The notes beneath the pieces were generated by a model. It did no database searches and was not told where the DNA came from. It saw only the letters and a list, made by a program, of their open reading frames with translations. 64,000 bases of DNA from Rebecca billardiae RCC1528 (lineage: Eukaryota > Protista > Haptophyta), in the NCBI GenBank assembly GCA_965240325.2, contig OZ251228.1:310001-374000 (forward strand). The letters are read 5' to 3'. The position numbers and the translations under genes are program-made. This document shows, in pieces, positions 59,690 through 64,000 of the stretch (positions within the stretch are counted from its first letter, which is position 1; every line of letters begins with the position of its first letter).

Positions 59690-61012
59690 TGTCGCCGACG
59701 CAGTAAGCGCGCCGTTGAGCACCTCGGCCTGCAGGAGTCCGTGCTTCGTTCGGCATCATGGCGAGCAGCGCGCGGAATCTGGGCGCGACGAGCAGCGAGA
59801 TCGGATGCGCGCGTCCGGACGAGCCGATCATGTCTTTGACTTTCAGCCCTCCGCGGGCTCCCGTGCGCTTCGGGCAGGAGGCCAGTCTGAGCCCTCATCA
59901 TCAGTCGTCTGATGCCCTGCATGACGCTGCCATACTACTACGACACACGTACGCGTGAGTCACTGTGAGTCATATCGATGCGATCGTCGCACAGCAGTGG
60001 CGCTGCACGGCCGCGGAGCCCAGAGCTGACGATCAGTGTGGACCGAGCCGTCGGCAGACGCAGATTTGGACACGACGAGGTCGTAGTGCGCGCCGCGCGC
60101 GGCCAGGTACCGCCAGGGCCAGGGCCACGCCGGTGACGGCGGGCAGCAGAGGATGCAGCACGCGCGTGACGCCAACGTGCCGTGCGAGGGCTACGCCAAC
60201 GCTGCTCAGGCACCGCAGCAGCCGCAGCTCACGCGTGAGGACTTCTGCCGACTGTGGTTGGCGGCGGTGCGCGAACTCGTCGGCGGCGGCCGACGACCGC
60301 CGCGGAGGTGAAGGTGATGGTGCTTGCTGCGCTCAACGCCAGGTGCGCGTATGCGCGCGAGCTCAAGCGGTGGACGAGCACGGTCGCGTGCTACCCGCAC
60401 GTGGTCGTCACCATCGCCCCTCGCGCCATCATGCGACTCGGCAGCGCGCTGCACCGCGCGAGCACACAAGCGTCGGAGCACGACGGCAAGATCATCGGCA
60501 ACACGTTCCACGACCGCACGTGCCGGGCGGGCGGGCTGAGCTCGAACAGACGCGGCACGAGCATGCCGCGAGCTGGCCGCGTCGAGCAGGCCGCCAAGCA
60601 GGTGATCGTGGGCAAGATCATGAAGAAGCGCACCAACACCGTCGACAAGAACGGCCGGCTGCGACTGCTTGCAGCAAAGACGGTGCAGCCGGGCGCATCC
60701 AGTGGCAGCGGGCCTGCGAGCGAGGTGCGTCTGCGCGAGATCGTCTATGCTCGTCGCACCGCATCTCCACCTCCGCCATCTGACGCCTGCGCACCGCATG
60801 CGCGCGCGGCCGCCCGGTCGCGCGACGCACTGGCGATTGAGATGACATTCGCGCGTGTCGCGGGCAGTAACAGACGAAAAGACGAGGTGGCAGGGGCTGG
60901 TGAGCGGTGTCTGAAGCATGTACTGGGTGGTTGCGCACCTGCCAGTGCCCGTCCGCGCCGGCTCAGGGTTCTTACTAGGCCGCCGGCCCGCGTCGCGCCG
61001 GCGGCACCCTAA
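59690..61012 (+). pseudogene. Degenerate DDE transposase remnant, RAG1/Transib-like (may begin near 58880)
   Basis: Ordered motifs across frameshifts: VAD...HLGL..PCF, GQ...DALH, YPH...IMRLGSALHRASTQASEHDGKI. Confidence 0.45.
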
Positions 61013-61347
61013 AGTGGACATTTGGCCGCCATTCTGTTCACCGTGCGTCCGGCGAGTCACAGTACAAGTGAGAGTACTGCGCCACTGGAGCCCACGGTAC
61101 TCTACCGGTCGCATGCCACGTCTGACTGAGCCTCAGCTTCATCTTATGCCTTCTTCGCCCACCCCTAAAGGGCACTAGCCTCAGCTTCTTGCGCCAGCCG
61201 GCGTCAGAACATCGTCAGCCTCGTCAGGGGTTTCGTCGTCTGAATGAATAATATCAAGCGCATGCTCAGGCGACGAGCATCCCGTCGCCAAGCACATCCA
61301 TCCCGAGCCCCTTCACGCCTCCCTCGCCCACGATCACGCGCATCCGC

Positions 61348-61447
61348 NNNNNNNNNNNNNNNNNNNNNNNNNNNNNNNNNNNNNNNNNNNNNNNNNNNNN
61401 NNNNNNNNNNNNNNNNNNNNNNNNNNNNNNNNNNNNNNNNNNNNNNN
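61348..61447. other. Assembly gap (100 N)
   Basis: Run of exactly 100 N. Confidence 1.
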
Positions 61448-63962
61448 GCATCCGCTCACACGTGTGGTCGAGCCGGCCGTGCAGCTCGCGCCAGCCGCGC
61501 AGCACCTCCTCCCATGGCGCGTCTGCCTCGGGCCGCTCGAGCTCGAGGCCGGCGCCGAGCGCGCGCTGCTCGAGGAGGGAGTGAACCTGCATGGCGCGTT
61601 CGCACATGGCGCGGTTCATCTTGAGCGCCGCGCGCAGCTCCTCGCCCGACAGCTCGACGGGCGCGCCGCCTGCCGCAGCGGCCGGAGACGTCGTGGCAGC
61701 CGAAGGCTGGCGCTCGAGGGCGGCCGAGCCAGCTGGCTCGGCGGCATCGGCGGCCGCCCGCGCGGCCGCCACCTCGCTCGCCGCAGCGGCGAGTGTGTCC
61801 GGAGCGGCGCAGCTGAACGTGAGCTTCGCTGACGAGAGGCCGGCCGCCCCAGAGGCGGTGGTGCTCCGCACCGCGGGCTGTGCGCTCTGCGGCAGCGCTG
61901 GCTTGGCCTGCGCGCCCTCGGCCAATGGACCGCCCTTCGCCGCCCCGCCACCATACGGTCGCGCGGCGCCAGCCCCGGGGCTGCTGGGCGGCTGGCGTGT
62001 GCGCGCTGGGCCCAGCAGTGCGCTCACAAGCCTCCGCACCGAGAGCACCCGCTGCCCAAGGGCGCGCTTGCCGCGCGCGTGCTGCCCATGCGCCTGCGCT
62101 GCCAAGCCCTGCTGCTGCCCATCTGCGGGCGCAGCCTTGGCCGCAGCGGCGGTGGTGTCCGGCGCGGCCGCTGCGGACGCGCTCGCGGCGGCCGCGGCTG
62201 CCGCGGCGGCTGCCGCCGGCACCGCTGCGGCGGGCGCCGCGGCGGGCGCCTCCGATCTCGGCAGATCGGCGGCGCGCGCTCGAGACGTCCGCTTGGACGA
62301 CGTCCCCGACCTGCGGGCGGCGCGACCGTTGCGGGTCGGAGACCCGCGGCGGGAGCTGCCGCCCGCAGCATCGGCGGCAGCGACCTGGGCCCGCGTCATC
62401 TCGCGCATCGCTCGCTCGAGGGCGGAGCGCTGGGTCGTCGTGAGGGCCATGCCGCTCAACCGGCCGTCCCGCGCCTCGGCGATCGCCTCGTCGTGCGCGC
62501 GCGCGAGCAGGGCGCGCAGCGCGTCCAGCGTTGGCAGCAGCAGCCGCGCGCGCGTGATCGCTGCGCGCGCGCCACGCACAAAAGCGCCGACCACCGCGCG
62601 CACGGCCGCCGCCTCCTCGACGCTGGCGGCGCCGCCCTGCTCCGCGCCGTCGCCGAGCAGCCAGCCGAGCCCGCTCCCGCGCAGCACACCGCTCACCACC
62701 TCGGCCGTCGCCTCTGCCACGCCCCCTGCGCTCGCGCCGCCGGCGGCCGCGGCCGCTCCGAGCTCCAGCGCGTCGATCAACTGTGCGTAGCTCTGCCGGT
62801 CCGCTCTGCGCTTGAACGCGGGCAGCGCGCGCGCGACGGCCTGGTCGATGGCGACGAGCGGGCGCGACTCGTACGGCGTGAAGAGTAGGTTCTGTGTGTT
62901 GCCCCGCCAGCCCAGAGGTCCGACCGTCAGCCGATCCTCGTTCGCAATCGCCATGTCGAAAATGAGAAGCTCGCCAAGCTGCGCGCACACGCGCTCGCGC
63001 AGCGCGAGCGGCGCGGCGTGCTGCTCGCACGCGGCGGCGGCCTCGTCCGAGGCGAGGGAGACGCCGCCGCAGAACTCGAAGAGCAGGAACGCCTTCGACG
63101 AGCGCAGCTCGGACACCAGCAACTCTGCAGCGGTGCGCTCGTCGGCCGCCGCCGCGGCCGCGGCCGCGTGCGCGGGCGCACCGTCGCGCGCCGGCCCCGA
63201 GAGCCGCTCCGCCGCGGCCTCCACCCGGTTCCAGCCCTCCGAGCGTGCGCGGACGAGCTGCGCGTGCGGCGCGCGCACGCCGAGCGGCGCGCACAGCACG
63301 TTGGCCAGCAGCTCGCCCTCCGCCTCCGACGGCGACGCGTCGAACTTGAGGACTGCAAGCCGCTCAGGCAGAGGGCGCGCCCCCCACGCCAGACTGAAGT
63401 GACGCGCGCGCTCGCCGAAGGCGCTGAGGCCAGCGCCGCCGACCCCAGCGGGGAGGGCGGTGCCGCCGGAGCCCGAGAGCGCGCGCCCGCCGCCCGACTT
63501 CGCGCTCGGCGCGAAGCGCAGCATCCCGCCACCTCCGGTCCCGACGACGCTCGCGCGGCCGCCGGGCTTGCGCCCGGCGCCGCCTTTTGCAGCCGCGCTT
63601 GGTCCGGCCGGCGGCGGCGCGAAGAACGCAAAATAGACCGAGCCGCCCGAGTTGATCTGGAAGGTGACGGACGAGCTGACGGTGGAGCTGCGCGGGCGTC
63701 GGTCCGCCGCCGGCGTCGAGCTCGAGCTCGGCACGTCGCCGCCCGCCGCGACAATGGCGAGTGCCTCGGCCATCGCCGCCTCGTGAGGGCTGGCGCCCGC
63801 TGCCGACGGGCCGGGCTGCGTGCTCGTGAGCTCCTCGGTGCGCACGAGGCCGACGAGGTTCTCCCACGGCACCGGTGCGGCGGGGGGCGCGATGGGGAGC
63901 GCCGTTGCCGCGGCCACACGCGATTTGTGCGAGAGCGGCGCGCTCGCGAGCGCCACCGCCAT
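61448..63962 (-). CDS. Actin-fragmin kinase domain protein (PHS1-like atypical kinase); 3' end lost in the gap, 5' end may lie outside the window
   Basis: NSGGSVYFAFF, AVLKF, ELLAN.L...LGV.AP, FEFCGG, QLGELLIFDMAIANEDRL...LGWRGN.QNLL, LVAID. Confidence 0.82.
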
Positions 63963-64000
63963 CGATGCGCGCCGCCGCCCGCGCGAATGCGGGCCCACCC

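Noticed and set aside
61266-61347. ORF read-through across the N gap
   Set aside because: The gap length is a placeholder, so frame continuity across it is meaningless.
1-64000. Hundreds of long Arg/Ala/Pro-rich ORFs in the six-frame track
   Set aside because: Shadow frames caused by very high GC and stop-poor introns; they lack motifs and overlap better-supported genes.

Overview
Very GC-rich eukaryotic nuclear DNA. Genes are compact and carry short GC-rich GT-AG introns (typically GTGCGC...CGCAG). Several products have signal-peptide plus transit-peptide leaders, which points to an alga with a secondary plastid. The style fits a haptophyte such as Pavlovales/Diacronema; this is inference, not a database match. 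About 24 protein-coding loci can be reconstructed: PTP, 6TM hybrid histidine kinase, CstF-77, M43 protease-MAM, AMT, cryptochrome, ATMIN/IDD-like zinc finger, APC10, JTB-like, heme oxygenase, two glycosyltransferases, DprA/SLOG-like, HCF164-like, mitochondrial carrier, SH3BGR-like, a 4TM protein, cytochrome b5, acetyl-CoA synthetase, cyclin-like, a frameshifted CmcJ/NvfI oxygenase, PPOX-like, an AP2 factor, an orphan gene and a PHS1/actin-fragmin-kinase-like gene cut by a 100-N gap. The most interesting region is 55.4-61.0 kb. A 3.04-kb segment bounded by 31-bp CAC-starting inverted repeats carries an intact three-exon orphan gene and no transposase. Immediately next to it lies a decayed ORF with RAG1/Transib-like transposase motifs. 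Also notable: a dispersed TA|CAGT-starting repeat, a carrier with a Tat-like presequence only 67 bp from an HCF164-like gene, and a micro-duplication signature in non-coding DNA. No rRNA, tRNA or CRISPR array was found. All family calls come from motif recognition by eye.
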